DNA of 64,000 bases from Lytechinus pictus. Its lineage: Eukaryota. The notes beneath the pieces were generated by a model. That model worked only from the letters and a program-made list of their open reading frames with translations, was not told the DNA's origin and made no database searches. The translations under genes and the position numbers were made by a program. How positions within the stretch are numbered: the first letter of the stretch is position 1; each line of letters starts with the position of its first letter. The stretch is from contig NC_087245.1 in NCBI RefSeq assembly GCF_037042905.1, positions 29,824,001-29,888,000 of the forward strand, written 5' to 3'. Shown piece after piece: positions 62,234 through 64,000 of this stretch.

Positions 62234-63204
62234 ATTGTGTAACCATATCCTTTTCAGGGGGAAAAAATCACATGGCGGCTGAAGGCGATTTGACCCCTGC
62301 AAAGCTCAGAACAAAAAAAATGAGCCCTGGAAATCCCCATTCATACATGTAGCAACGCTAAAGCTTAACCAATGTTGCAGATTTAGGCAGTAAGTTGTGC
62401 ATTTTTTTAGCCTGATCCTTTCCCCACACTTTTGTTATCTACAGAATCAAGCTAATTACTTGTTTGATTTTTAGAAAAATCATTCATCAATTTTGTTGTA
62501 ATTCATTTATAAACCTAAAGTTTACAATTATAAACAAATTACAGGTGCAGTATGTATGCCAACACAGTCTAAAGATAGTACAAGTATATATCACAACATT
62601 TCCTGTTACCGTTCTTTGCTTTTACAGTTTCATATTGTTTCGCTTCATTCAATGCAGGCTAGGATGCATTAGTGCATGTACAGTGTAAAAAAAAAGGCTT
62701 AATAGAGCGAACCGGCTGAAATAATATGCATTGTGGTATAAAGTGGTGAAGTCAACAAATCAGAAAATATTTCATACATATGCATTCAATTCTATTAAAT
62801 TTGCAAATTGAATTATTGGAGAATGTAATTTGATGGTGTACAGACTGTCTCTTTTGTAATTTGGTCATGCATACTGGAGTTTCTAACACTCGTACTTTTC
62901 AATTCGATAGGCCAGAATTAATGAAAACAGGGTGAGATGCCGTACCTATATCACAACATACTGTTCACCAGCAGCACAATCCATTTTGTAATTTTGTCAT
63001 GCGTAAATTATTTTCCCCATCTGATTGTACTTTTCAATTTCATAGATGCCTTAATATCTCAGATACAGTATATTGAACCTACATTAAGATGGTGCAATTG
63101 GAAATTTTGCCACACTCTTCCCCCAAACAGATATGGACTTTGTTTATGAGCCAAATTGAAGGATTTCAATTGCAAAAGGTATTACATGCATACTTTTACA
63201 ATAA

Positions 63205-63645
63205 AGGTGGTTTCAGACCGCCTCGAAGTTCGTCAGTTCCAGGTATTCTCTGATCGGGAAATTTACCCCGATCAGAAAATACCAGGTATTTTGGTAATGT
63301 GAAAGCAAACTACGCGTAAAAATGGCAAAATTACGAGAACTTTCGCGGGGATTTTTCCAAGGTCACAGGTATTTTGGCAATGTGAAAGCAATTTACGGGA
63401 ACTTTTAGCCCAGCGTGTCGTTGGGCGCGGGCGCCGTGGGTGGCTGCTGGGCTAGTGGTTTTGAATCTCGCGCCTTGCCTGCTTATTAGACCATACTGCG
63501 CATGCTCCTAACTTCAGGAATTTATCCCGAAGGGTATGTTTTGGGGCGGTGTGAATGCAGGAATAATTAATGGGTATTTTTTAGCCTAAAAATGTTCTCG
63601 TAATTTAACGGGGATTCTTGTGGTCGAGGCGGTTTGAAACCACCT
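63205..63645 (-). mobile_element. PIF/Harbinger-type MITE, copy 2 (inverted)
   Basis: Same TIR; TSD taa; reverse complement of copy 1 with a small deletion. Confidence 0.85.
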
Positions 63646-63731
63646 TAAGAGAATAGTTTAAAAGAAAGACGGGTGAGATGGCGTATTTGCTGGTGTTTAT
63701 TATTAAGTAATTCTTATTTGGCATGCATCTC

Positions 63732-64000
63732 TCCCGGAGGGGGGCTAGTCAAATATATTGCTGTACGCACGCGTGACAAAAAAAAACACGTTTAAAGGGG
63801 TGTTTTTTTTCAGTTTTGGACGCGGGCCACGTGGCACTCGTTAAGGGTATAAAAAACACAAATTTTTAAAAAAAGGGGTAGTTTTGAAAGACTGGTCAAT
63901 GGTCAATCGCAGGGTCAAACGTATTAAAGGTATGTTTTTTTCCAAAGCTTTTTATTAAAGATTAGCCTATCGTGTTTAGGGCATGTTTTTTTTCCCTCAA
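63732..64000. mobile_element. Left end of a CCCGG-G(n) element cut by the window edge
   Basis: cccggaggggggc start and repeated aaggggtgtttttt motifs, similar in style to 38969-39632. Confidence 0.45.

Overview
Eukaryotic, AT-rich, intron- and transposon-dense DNA. The repeat landscape suggests a marine invertebrate such as a sea urchin (inference only). Two complete spliced genes can be assembled on the + strand: TSPO (3 coding exons, 13570-17729, 164 aa) and NMD3 (11 coding exons, 22838-50672, 512 aa, 17.6-kb first intron). On the - strand there is the last coding exon of an unidentified gene (58555-58883) and a promoter with two probable non-coding exons at the left edge. The most striking object is a young Gypsy-type LTR retrotransposon (6972-11583, -). 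Its 574-bp LTRs look identical, and it has a PBS, PPT and 4-bp TSD. Its single long ORF joins a Gag capsid-like N-terminus to the integrase HHCC zinc-binding region, with no recognisable protease, RT, RNase H core or integrase catalytic core. It is nested inside two DNA-transposon remnants. NMD3 intron 1 holds a ~9.9-kb non-coding TIR element with a 7-bp TSD and outward-facing promoter/exon-like modules. The window also has three near-identical Helentron-associated (HINE-like) elements with DR1-motif arrays, many MITEs, SINEs, LINE fragments and satellites. All coordinates and alignments were done by eye.
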